Shown here: positions 26,342-37,849 of the stretch, piece after piece
How the letters are laid out: every line of letters starts with the position of its first letter
Position numbering within the stretch: the first letter of the stretch is position 1
Source: Mytilus edulis
Taxonomy: Eukaryota
DNA: 64,000 bases
NCBI RefSeq assembly: GCF_963676685.1
Contig: NC_092346.1
Coordinates: forward strand, 29,822,001-29,886,000
Direction of reading: 5' to 3'
Notes under the pieces: generated by a model
Told to the model about the DNA's origin: nothing
Seen by the model: the letters and a program-made list of their open reading frames with translations, nothing else
Databases searched by the model: none
Made by a program: the position numbers and the translations under genes

Positions 26342-26473
26342 CAGTGGCGGATCCAGAACTTTTCCTAAGGGGGGCTCCGCTTCATTCATGCTTCAATGAT
26401 TCCCTATATAATCAACCAAATTTTTCCCACGAAAGGGGGGGGGGGGGGCTCTGCCCCCCTGGATCCGCCTATG
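26342..26473. mobile_element. Short GC-rich MITE (CAGTGGCGGATCCAG...CTGGATCCGCCTATG); relatives at ~23350-23476 and ~34738-34874
   Basis: Inverted termini and G/C runs shared by three copies. Confidence 0.55.
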
Positions 26474-28479
26474 ATGAACAAAGGGCATTATATTTGTGTA
26501 CAGAAATGAATAGATTCAACACTGTTTATGTACAACATTTTGTTTTATTTATATGATTAATCAATTTCATGTTAGAAAAAAATGATTAAATAAATTGATT
26601 AGGTTTAATTTAGGATTGGAGTGATTTTCAACAGATGATTTCTTTTCCATTTATAAATGGCAACCTCATGTTTTATAATTAGATTTACTTCAAACCTCTC
26701 ACAACAAGTTTACTTGTGAAATACAATCTTTTGGTGCTTAAAAACATTGAATTCTTTTTAAAGAAAGTTCTAGAACTCAAATGTATAAACAACTTTATTG
26801 TATAAAGTTTTTGCATAACTATATATATAAATATATATTATACATGTATATGTATGAAATCCATAGTATTGATTATTTTTACTTTTATATTCAGATTTGT
26901 TTGATGTTATTGATAATTATCATCTTTGAGGTGATTGATTATATGAACATAGTATAAAGTTGTCACATGTTTAGACGTGTATAATAAAATTTTAAAATTT
27001 GATATGGGGACATGGAAATCACATTATCATCTTTAACGATAGACAAATTACTGATCTGAAATGTATACCATCTATTTGCCACTACCCTGATATACATCAT
27101 GTACTGTTTTACAACCCTAATTCACCGTTTCGAAATCTAATGCATTCTGGGTAATATTTTCAAAAGTATAAACCAAAACGTTGTAATTGGACAAATACCT
27201 TCTAAACAATGGAAATTCAACCAATGACATAACGTTATTTTCATTCTGGTGTACGAACAATGATATTACCCACAGTTCTTTAGATTCTGAAAAGGCTAAT
27301 TAAAGCAGATGAGCAACAGCATTACATTAACCATCAACAAAGCTATATGTTTATGTAGCCTAACTTGTCAAGTAGTCTTAGGGCACTGTAGAAGGTACAG
27401 GCATGTTTGCCACGATGTCAAAGAAGCAAGGATTTTAATCCAGCAGAGGGGAGAAAAAGTTTGATAACACTAACAGTGGGCAATATTCTCCCGACTCAAA
27501 ATGTCTCCTATTGGAATTGAAAATTTTTATTTTAATTGTTTAAAATAAAATAAATATTCTGGGAATATTTTATACTGAAAAAAGAGTTTCATTTTATGTT
27601 CCTAACAGAATAAAGGTATACAATATATGTGAACAGACTTAAAGCATTGTTTTTCACAAAGTTTTCTTAAAAAAACTTTCATGTGAAAAGTCACAGCAAT
27701 CTCTGAATATTCAGATCGGTACGTTAAGTATCTCCACTATTTTTCGTGTGATATTGCTGTAAAATAATTGTTATAATAATTAAGGACATGTAGTACAATG
27801 CTTTAATTGTTTGAACTCAATTTATGAGCAATTTTAAGCTATTCCAGCAGTCCAGAATTGGGAGTATTATATGCAGTTGAAAAACAATGGTCTATCTCCA
27901 ATAGAAATACCAGAATAAATTTCTGAAACAACATGGTTTGTAGATAAGTGTTCTTTCTCAAGAAAAGGGGATTCTTTATTTTTCTAAGTTGTCTGTCTAT
28001 TAAAAAACAAAGGAACAATGAGTCACTTAAATTTCATGTACGTAAAGATTCCAATATGTCTCTGTAAAAAATTTAAGAAATTGCTCTTTTTTTTTAACTT
28101 TACTTGAAATTTTGAGTACTTTTACATCATTATAAGATACACATGAGGGAAGGTATCTATACAATATGTCACGTTCAAATAAAATCCTCTAGTCTTTTTT
28201 AAATTATGATAAAATTTAACCTAACCAATCAGAGGGGTGTATAAAGCCACATCTTGTCTGTGTTTTGTTGGATTTTCCTCTGCTTTGTATTGATCTGATG
28301 ATTTAAGCCCTTTTCTACTGATTTTAGTAACACCTGTGATATGTATTACTGTGTCGTTGAGATGGGGGCGTAAACTATTTGTATAAAGCTTTATTTATAG
28401 AAGTTAGAAGACCTGAATGCTTCCTATCTTGTATGCAGATGCATTAGGTTGTGAAGTTTCTGTAACTCATATGTGCAAT

Positions 28480-29460
28480 AATCTTTACCTCATTTTCATG
28501 GTTCAGCAAACAGTACTTGAACAAAAAATTGTTTATTGTAAAGTAAATGTTTCACTTATGAGTAATAAGACAACTATATTTGGTATATGGGTTCCTTGCA
28601 ATGGCTACATGTATGTCAGCCAAAGTTCACCTGACCTCGACCTGATTTAATGGATTAGCGATCAAGGTTAAAAGAAAGTGATTAGGTCAGTTTCTTATAT
28701 ATTATAAGCAGTAGATCAACTATAATTGGTGTATGGGATGATTGTAATGGGAACATGTCAGTCTTGCAGGTTTCTCCTGACCTTGACCTCATTTTATCTA
28801 AACCAAACTATATATGGTGTATGATATAATTGTAAGATGTACAAGACTAAAATCCTTCTTGCAGGTATCATATGACCTAGGCAATGTTAAGTTGTTGTGT
28901 ATTTGTCTGTTGTTGTTTTTGAAAGTACTATAAACAATATCTCAACTATATTTGGTGTATGGAAAGATTGCTAGATGTATATGTCTGTCTAGCTGGTATC
29001 ATCTGACCTTGACATCTTTTTCCTGGTGCATAGCATGGTCAATGTTAAGTTTTGAGTATTGGTCTATTTTCAGGTATTTATAGCAATAGGTCAGCTATAT
29101 TTGGCCATGTATAGGGAATGATTGTAAGGTGTACAAATTTGATCTTGCAGGTATCATCTGACCTTAAACTCATATTTATGGTTCATCTGTCAATGTTAAG
29201 TTTTATGTGTTTTAGTCTGTTTTTCAATTAGCATACGTCAACTATATTTGGTGTATAAAAAATTGTAAGTAAAATATGCCTGTCTGACACATTTTATCTG
29301 ACCTTGATCTCATTGTTGTAGATTTTTAAAAATGTCAAGTTTATGTAATGCTTTTAGTAAAACCTTCATCCTTGAGACTTTCAACATAAAATCAATGGTC
29401 AGTAAAGCAGGCGAGACATTTCAGTGTGTGCTCTCTTGCATTTCAGTGTGAGCTCTCTTG
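28480..29460 (+). repeat. Degenerate tandem array (GACCTTGACCTCATTTT motif) in an old HINE-like element; a related array lies in reverse at ~39120-39735
   Basis: Recurring CAACTATATTTGGTGTATG and TCTGACCTTGAC motifs at roughly regular spacing. Confidence 0.6.
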
Positions 29461-29789
29461 TTATAGGTTGTTGTTCTCGGTGTTGTAATGGTACACCACT
29501 GTCCAAGGTTAGGGAAGGGTTGGTGCTATAAATAAAGGTAACAGTAGTATACTGCTGTTCAGTAGTCATAACTTATTAATCAAAAACAAATCTAGGTAAC
29601 AAAGCCAAGGGAAATACATCGACTATAACAGGAAAACAATGGAACAACAGAAACACTGATCTACAACAAAATCAAACACCAACATACATAGATAGGAAAT
29701 GAACTATCAGATTACAACTGACATATTCCTAAAAATGTGTTCTTACAAGTCGCCCAGTTCTAAAAATACTGACAGCATCAAGGGCAATA

Positions 29790-30605
29790 TGCTTAACTAA
29801 TGATTATTAAACGTTTATATATTCCACTAGATAAGCACAAGACCGAAGGACCAGTATGTATTTAGAGTGTTTAGGCATTATATTAGATTTCAATGATTGA
29901 AAACAAAATGTCAGCCATGTAGTTGAGAGGAAAAATAAAGAACTGAAGAAGGCCAATGGCCGAAACGTCTTGATAAATTGGTTTATTTATACAATTATAA
30001 AAAGTATGTTCCCTATTGGAATTTTGAAAACAAGGACATTATATTAGATTCAAATAAAATGGAAGCAAGACTTCTCGAGAAAAAAAATTGAAGGATATAT
30101 TATGCGAGATTATTTAAAAAAAAATCATCCTGACGAAAGACACAGTTCTTAGGAGATTTTAATTTTGCATGTTTTTTTTTCTATCAAACTGGATTAGTAT
30201 TCCCATGTTTCGTGATAGCTATTTTACATCAAGTTTTGATACAGATGCTGCTTCCACAATAGGCTATGGAGTTTATTTTCAAGAGAAATGGTTCTCTTCT
30301 GTTTGGCCTTCTTATTTACCTATTTTAATTGAAGACTCTTCAATGGCTTTCCTGGAGTTATACCCTATTGTAGTGGTAGATTTTTTATGGGTTATTTGAA
30401 ATAAAGATCAGTAAAAGGCCAATGTTCAGAGTATAGGGAAGTATTTCAATATAGTTTTAAATATTTAATGGGGTTGTGTTGATTCCAAGCAGACGAACAC
30501 GTTTTGGTGCAAGTCCTTCTGCTGGTAAGGCTATTAAAATGAACAAACATTTGATTAAACTATGATAGATGGAATTCTGATATAGTTATCGTCGCTACAT
30601 GAGAA
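29790..30605 (+). mobile_element. Decayed DIRS/Ngaro tyrosine-recombinase retrotransposon relic
   Basis: RT remnant IPLDKHKTEGP...ECLGIILDSNKMEARL; RNase H remnant TDAASTIGYGVYFQEKWFSSVWP...MAFLELYPIVV (ORF 30169-30399); YR C-terminal remnant RWNSD..YRRYMR near 30570-30604. Confidence 0.75.
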
Positions 30606-30842
30606 CAAAAAAATCCCGTCATAAAGAGTGCTCAGCAACATATTTGTAACAGTAAGTTTAATTAAGGCTCGAAATTAAGGCACTGGCTACGATTACGTTG
30701 AAAACGTAACAATATAAAAAAGGTTATTCTTACATTGGATACTAATTGCCGGAAAGCTAGGTTGATTTAGTTTGCAGTATACGGTATATTATACAGTATG
30801 GAGTTTAGTTTTTCATTTTGGCCATGGGGATTTTTTTAATAT

Positions 30843-31001
30843 AAAAAAAAGAAGATGTGGTATGAATGCCAATGAGACAAATCTCCACAAGAGACCAAAA
30901 TGACATAGAAATTTAAAACATCTATATATAGGTCACCGTACGCGGCCTTCAACGATGAGCCGACAGCCCATACCGCATAGTCAGCTATGAAAGGCCCCGA
31001 A
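30843..31001 (+). repeat. Copy of an abundant interspersed repeat (AAGAAGATGTGGTATGATTGCCAATGAGACAA...), Mg1-like
   Basis: Related copies or fragments at ~320-460(-), 10277-10350(-), 25560-25640(-), 25985-26105, 47398-47600, 51090-51320, 55783-55920(-). Confidence 0.7.
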
Positions 31002-31601
31002 ATATGAATGTTTTTGTACAATCGAATTGATTTTTTGAAAGAAAAATATAGCCTTCAAAGGGGGTTTGTATGATTATCAAGATGTTTGTAGCATGTTTTA
31101 TATGACGGGGGCTTTTTTTTACTATTTGACAGTCGATCTGTTGTTCGTGACATGCGTACTGCTAGAAGTCCAGACATTATGTAGTTTTTTTTTTCCAAAA
31201 AAAAATTGACAATCGAACTTTTCAATTCAGTTTTATGTAATGAATATGTGTAAATGTTAGTCGTTTCAGAAAAGGTATTTCCCAAACTAAATCCAAAATT
31301 TAGTTACCTTAAATATCTTAATATGTTAATTATATAGTGACGATTCATTATTCAATTTTAATGTACCATTCATTAATAGATAATTTCCATTGATATTTTT
31401 TTTCAGGTTGAAGAATAACTTTAGAAATTAAAAGGGAAAACAGGTATTTTAACAAAAAGCCACGTCGTTGAAGTTGAAGAGTGCATAATTTTCAAAATAG
31501 CGACTCAAGAAAATAAATGAAGTGCAAAAGATTTAAAAACTACTACACTAGATACTGAAACACACCTAAGGCTTCGCAAACAACTAATACAACTAAAACG
31601 T

Positions 31602-31722
31602 CATCTTCGCTAGCCAAGGGTTACGATCCACTCCCGTTCTCTTGACTAGCCAAGGGTTACGATCCACTCCCGTTCTCTTCAAGAGAACGGGAGTGGATCG
31701 TAACCCTTGGCTAGCGAAGATG
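31602..31722. mobile_element. 121-bp palindromic mini-transposon with perfect 43-bp TIRs and perfect 9-bp TSD
   Basis: Left arm CATCTTCGCTAGCCAAGGGTTACGATCCACTCCCGTTCTCTTG (31602-31644), an internal tandem copy (31646-31679), and the exact reverse-complement arm (31680-31722). TSD CTAAAACGT on both sides. Confidence 0.9.
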
Positions 31723-32485
31723 CTAAAACGTATATATGTAGTAAAATCATTGCTATATATCTTTTTTATAGTCTCTAGTTTTTATAGTAGCTCTTGTAGT
31801 ATTTGTAAATGTTTTATAAGATGCGAGACTCAAATAAAATATTGTCTTTTCTTGTCTAGCTAGTTATATCTAAGTTAAATTAATTTGTATCTCGAAATTA
31901 TGCCGAATGGGTATATCATGCACTTCATTTACTTTGAGTGCATTTCTTTCTAACCAAAATTTTGTAAACGTTGTGTGGCGTTTGTTGTAGTTTTCTTAAA
32001 CACTATAAAAGTAGAAACAAATACGTCGTTTAATAAGTTTTACTGACTTTGTTCGAACTTTCAATAATGCATGCACATGTTGTTGGTAAACAGATTTTTT
32101 ACAAACGTAGAAAAAATATATCATTTAATCAAGTTCAAGTTAGAAACAAATGTAGCGTTTGTACTAACAAACGACGAACGACAAACTGTATACGCATCTT
32201 TAGCGATTGCATAGTTTGTCAAAGTTAATTGATGTAAACTTTGCAAACGTATGTTAGAAATAAATGATCAAAACATGTGCGCGCTTAGCCGTTTGGATCG
32301 TTTGTGTTAGAAAGAAATGCACCCTTTATGTCGCTCTTTTCATTTTATCATCCCTGCCCCTTGATAAACATTCCATCATTTAGATGAGTATAGTACGTGT
32401 TGTCCATTTGAAATACTGGCAGTCAGCATCTAGGTTGTAACTAAATGAAATCACGATTTTTGTTTCAAATTTTATTTCTTTGATA

Positions 32486-32890
32486 GTCTGACATCGGACT
32501 CGGACCTCTCCTGAACTGAATTTTAATGTGCGTATAATTATGCAATTACTTTTCTACATTGGCTAGAGGTATTAGGGGGAGGGAGATCTCATAAACATGT
32601 TTAACCGCGACGCAATTTTGCGCCTGTCCCAAGTCAGAAGCCTCTGGCCTTTGTTGTCTTGTATGATTTTTAATTTTAGTTTCTTGTGTATAATTCGGAG
32701 TTTAGTATGACGTCCATTATCACTGTACTAGTATGTATACATATTTTTTTAAGGGCCAGCTGAAGGACACCTACGGGTGCGGGAGTTTCTCGCTACATTG
32801 AAGGCCCATTGTTGGCCTTCGGCTGTTGTCTGCTCTATGGTCGGGTTGTTGTTGCTTTGACACATTCCCCATTTTCTTTCTCAATTTTAT
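32486..32890 (-). repeat. Abundant interspersed repeat (minus-strand copy of 40332-40840)
   Basis: Reverse-complement similarity to ATAAAATTGAGAATGGAAATGGGGAATGTGTCAAAG...GAGTCTGATGTCAGA. Confidence 0.8.
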
Positions 32891-32942
32891 GTTTTAGAAA
32901 TGTTTAGATAAAAAATATTGATTAAAATTTTTTTTTTTGCAG

Positions 32943-33298
32943 ACGACAGTACAAAACCGTAACAGAATAATGAATTTCTAGAAAATAATTTACCTATGGA
33001 TTGACTTTACCACCCCCACCACCATTATCGTCAAGGAGGGAAAATCATTATAGCAAAGACGGTTCACAAATAATTGACAGTCATCAGTCCTCCAGAAATC
33101 TCTCCTAGGGATCTTCCACCTCCCATTCCTCCTCGCAAGTTTCAAAACATAAATGCAACATTACCACGGTTTAAAGGCATGGATATAGAAGTTTGCCGTT
33201 ATGACCAAGACCCCTCACTTATACGCTCTGCCACGCCATTGAAAGAATTCCGACCAGGAATAATCGCTCAAGAAGGAAAGCAAAATGTCTTTAGTTGA
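32943..33298 (+). pseudogene. Possible frameshifted proline-rich terminal exon fragment
   Basis: Strong acceptor T10GCAG at 32942. LPPPPPLSSR lies in one frame and SPRDLPPPIPPRKF...NVFS* in another; ATTAAA follows at ~33392. No intact gene model found. Confidence 0.3.
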
Positions 33299-35874
33299 TA
33301 ATGTTTGTATTGGTATCTTTTTGTTGTTTTGTCACATTGTATATACTTGTTTATGTATTGCTATAGCATGTTATTCGTTATGCTTTCGCAAATTAAATAT
33401 TTATTCATTCATTCATTTTTATCTTCCATAATTTGAATCAAAGTACTGATGTACTGAAAATCGGATGACTGCAGCTTTTGTTTGATTCATCATGAAACGA
33501 AAAACACATTTTTTTTCGGTATATGTGCATCATTCAAAAGGGCAATGGACATTTTAAGAAACTTCTGCGGCAACATTACACCGCGGTATGCCCTATTAGT
33601 GTCACTTTCGATGTAAGAATGAACACAGAATCCGTAACAACTTTTGTTTTGATTGATTCTGTTTTTTGCTTGATCATTCAACAAATGTTTTGGTATTGCT
33701 TTCACCAATATAACTCGAATAATTCAAGCCCTTTCCGTGTCCGATTTTCTCCCACACGAGGGCTTGAACTCCTTGTGATCATTGGCCGCGTCGCCTGCTC
33801 TCTGTAAGAGAGAGCCAATCAGCGGCGATCAGGATACGAGTCTGCGCAACTCTCTTGAAATTGTCTTACCAAACACGTGTGTTCAATTAACACCAATCCG
33901 ATAATAATTAATTAACATCAATTAACATCAGTTTACATCATTTATCATCAATTAACATCCGGAACTCCTCCTTCTTTAGCTGCCAATTTAAATCAAAATT
34001 CCCATATTGCAAAGCGATGTGAATTTTCCGGTTGACGGTCTTGATCGAGGAAGACGTTCAGGCGTTAATGTAGCCTTCGTAGATCAGCGGAATATAACGA
34101 CTGAATTATTCGGGTTATCACCAATATTGAGTATTCTTAAAATCAATTAGTCTATAGAGAAAGTTTTTCCAATATCATATTTTGATTACCTTCAAGGGAG
34201 ACGGATTTATATAAATTCTTCTTGCTCCCGAATCCCAGTATTTCTATTGTATAATTGTATTTTGTGCACTTTTTAAAAAAAAATGAATGATTTCAAACTT
34301 AGTAGCATTTTGTGATACAATTGTTGTGAAACAAATTTTATGTAACCAATTTATTTAAAATTAAGTAAGCCGGGTGCCGCGGTACTCCGTGTATCACCTA
34401 CTTTTGTGATTAGTGGCAGGCTCAACAACTTGAGGCATTAAAGCATGTGTCGCTCACATTCGTCTATGTGCATATTCAACAAAGGACACTCTCCAACATT
34501 GAAGACAAGAATAGAATTCAAAAGAAAAATCTCTGTTTTGTTGATCTTGTATTGCTGATCATTTAGAATGTTTGGTTTCTCTCTATCTTCTTTAAATTTT
34601 GCTCAAAACATAAAACAGGGTTAAAAAAATCCTTATTTAGGGGCTGGGCAATCATTCCAATAAGAGTGACAGCCTAATACCTCTGTCAGCGAAATATGAC
34701 TTGTCAGTAGATTGAACGATTTCCTTTAGTTTGACTCAGGGGGGGATCCAGCCATTTTAAAAAGGGGTGTTCCCAACTCAAAGTAAAGGGGGGTTCCAAC
34801 TATATGCTCCCATTCAAATGCATTGATCGTCAAAAAATGGGGGTTCAAACCCCCTCCCACCCGATCCGCCAATGTTGACTTAATTGTAGATCTTGTCTTG
34901 CTGATCACTTTTGCCTATTTAAGTTACTGTCTTTCTATTATAATTTAAAGAAATAAGGCAAAAACGTAAAATATTGTAAAAATCATCATAAAAGGGCAAT
35001 AACTCCTCTCAAAAGGAATAGGCTGACGATATCGACAATGTGAACTTATTTGTAGAACTGGTCTTGTTAATTATTTTTGCAATTTAATGTTTCTCTGTAT
35101 CTATAGTATAGTTTTCTAAGATATTTAGGCAAAAATTTAAAAAAATGTAAAATATGAAAATATGGAGGGTAAAAAAATCAAGAACCGCCCTATTCAAAAT
35201 GTGGTTATTTATGGTCAAGGTATCTTATTTTTTGTTGTTGAAGATATCGTTTTGAATCATAAAATTAAAGCAGACAAGTACAATGATTATTTAAAACCAT
35301 CATTATTATCTATTCTAATGTTATATTTGAATTTTGTATTGGGTTATATTTTAATATTATAAAAAGACCAACCATAGATTTCTTCAAAGTTCCAGTCAAG
35401 GTGATTTGAAAATGTCTTACTTTTTTTCCAATTTATGCCTTTCTGCAATTTTTGATTGCAAATGATTACAATTCAGTTCCCATCCTCTCCATGAGGGTAC
35501 TGGATCTTAACCCTTTATTTTTCAATCTAATCAGGGTACTGGATCTTAACCCTTTATTTTTCAATCTAATCAGGGTACTGGATCTTAACCCTTGGCTAGC
35601 AAAGATTTCATTTCTGTACTAGTCGGGTGCTGGAATATCGGGGCGACCCGGATGTTTCGATGCATTTTATTTGCCAAAAAGTATATATTTGACTGAAACA
35701 AAAGTTGTGAAAGTAATAATGAACAAATAAAACGGTCCCTAAAATATACATTTTATTATTAATAAGCGGCAGAGGGGTGATCTCGGCGAGACAGAAACCC
35801 AATGAAAATAAATGAAAATACTTTTAATTTAGACGGCAGCAACATCTAATAAAATTAACGGTATCAATTTTCTT

Positions 35875-35918
35875 GCACCAGATGCGCATTTCGACAATAC
35901 ATGTCTCTTCAGTGATGC
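35875..35918 (-). ncRNA. Minimal type I hammerhead ribozyme within a ~185-bp Penelope/retrozyme-like repeat fragment (35848-36032)
   Basis: Minus strand reads GCAUCA-CUGAAGA-GACA-uguau-UGUC-GAAA-UGCGCA-UC^UGGUGC: complete core, helices I and II, palindromic helix III, AUC cleavage triplet. Confidence 0.85.
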
Positions 35919-36808
35919 TCGTGGCCAAAATATTTGAAATCCAAAGCTTATATAAAAGATGAAGAGCTATAATCCAAAAGGTCCAAAAAGTATAGCCAAA
36001 TCCGTGAAAGGAATCTGAGCTTTGCATGAGGGAACATAGATATTTACTGCACCATATGTAACGGTAATAAATTATGTATTTATAGGGTCACGGATTTGTA
36101 TAGTTACTATACAAATCCTTGATAGGGAGCATAACAAAGTTTTAGAATTCACATTTTATGTAAACAAGTTCGTAATATGCAACATAGACAAAGTTTAGAA
36201 GTGGCTGTTGAAAGGGTAGATACACCTAGCCAAAAATTCCTTTACATGAGCGTACTTGTATATATTTTACAGAGAAATGTGTTGAGGATGAAAAACATTT
36301 TTTGTTAGGGTGCGATTTTTATGCAGATTTAAGATATGATTTCTTTAATGCAAAAATCTTGTGATATTTGTGAGACTTTTAACGATAGGACAAACTTTTT
36401 TTCTTTATGTCAAACGATTAAGTTACATGTATATCTTTTAGAGGAAAAAATACTATAACATAATTAAAGTTTATTAAACATGATTTAAAAAAAAAAAAAA
36501 AGCCTTCATTTTGTTTCGATCCCCGAAATGTTACAATAATTTTAAGTCTCGAATGAATTAAATTAAACAGAAAGAACGTTGTGTGGTTATCCAACAGCGG
36601 CAGATGAAAGCTTTCAAAATTATGCCGATAATCACTTGATCAAATTAGATTCCGAGCACTAATTAATTCATCGGCTTGTGATTACGCAATTCTTTCCACG
36701 TCCAGTGAGTTTCAAGTCACCCCGTGTATTGTACACAGATCGGACTAATTACCACTACTTGTGTAAAGTGCAATTAACAGATTAAAACAATGCGACATTA
36801 TTCGAGGA

Positions 36809-36855
36809 CCAATCAAATGGCCGCATCTGAAAACTTCAGTGAGCTATTATAAAAA
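36809..36855 (+). promoter_or_regulatory. CCAAT box and TATA box of the orphan gene
   Basis: GACCAATCA (CCAAT 36809-36813) and TATAAAAA (36848-36855), 50 nt upstream of ATG 36898. Confidence 0.6.
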
Positions 36856-36897
36856 CGGGTGCTCTACCATTTTTGACATATCTCAAGCAATTTCAGT

Positions 36898-37849
36898 ATG
36901 CTCAGCATGGAAATAAAAGTTAAAAGCGAGTTAATAACACCTCTTACAGTTGATACGGATTATGAATACGATTTGGATATGACAATGTTTCCGGGAATAA
37001 ATGATCCTATAGCCAGGCTACAACCAACATTACTGATACACACAAGGGGTGGTTGTGTCTGTAAACAAGATTCATATGCTGATTTACAAGAATTGATAGG
37101 TTCGTATGAAATTGTTATTCAAAATTTGAATAATACATATGTTCTATTTTATTACAATTTTTTTTTATTTTGAAATGAATGAAAATTAATAAGAGTTCCT
37201 ATAAATTACGTACGTTATACCAAATAAATCATACTGTTATAGCGAAATATTGTGAAATACAAATTCACGTTTAAAACATTTGACGCAATATAAAAAAAAA
37301 TACTAAAAATTACAGTGCACTTAATGGTCTGAGTTAAAAATGAATTAATAATTATTTTCATTTTTCATATGTTTTAATAGTTAACATTTACATATTTAAA
37401 TATATATACCTTCTAACCAGTATAATAAATATTAATTTCTGTTTTCAGAATCATGTACCGACTTAGAGTGCAGCGAAACAGACAGTTTTATAGATGAATT
37501 TCTTAATGATAGCGATGAAGAAAACTCAGTTTACTCCACGACACCATCAAACACAGATGATGATTTTTCCAACTGTTCTACCAGTCTGAGTATCGATGAT
37601 GAATACCTATATGACGGAATAGCACCCATTACAGACCTATTTACACCCGATATTACCACATCGTTACGAAATGCTGAAAAAAAGACACCGGAGCGGACAA
37701 CCTTGTATCACGCCATTCAGAAGAGAGGTATAAAGCGTAAACTGTTCTCGGATGAAGAAAATAATCCTCCATCTAAACGGAAGCAAGCATTCACATGTGA
37801 TGATAGTGATCTGTTTTCAGTGCTAGATGGATTATTTAATCACAATTAA
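36898..37849 (+). CDS. 200-aa acidic, probably disordered nuclear protein of unknown family (2 exons)
   Basis: Exons 36898-37099 and 37449-37849 (phase 1, AG/GTTCGT...TTTCAG/). Exon 2 is open for 133 codons; AATAAA at ~38159. Motifs: GGCVC, IKRKLFSD, PPSKRK, C-terminal DLFSVLDGLF. Confidence 0.75.
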
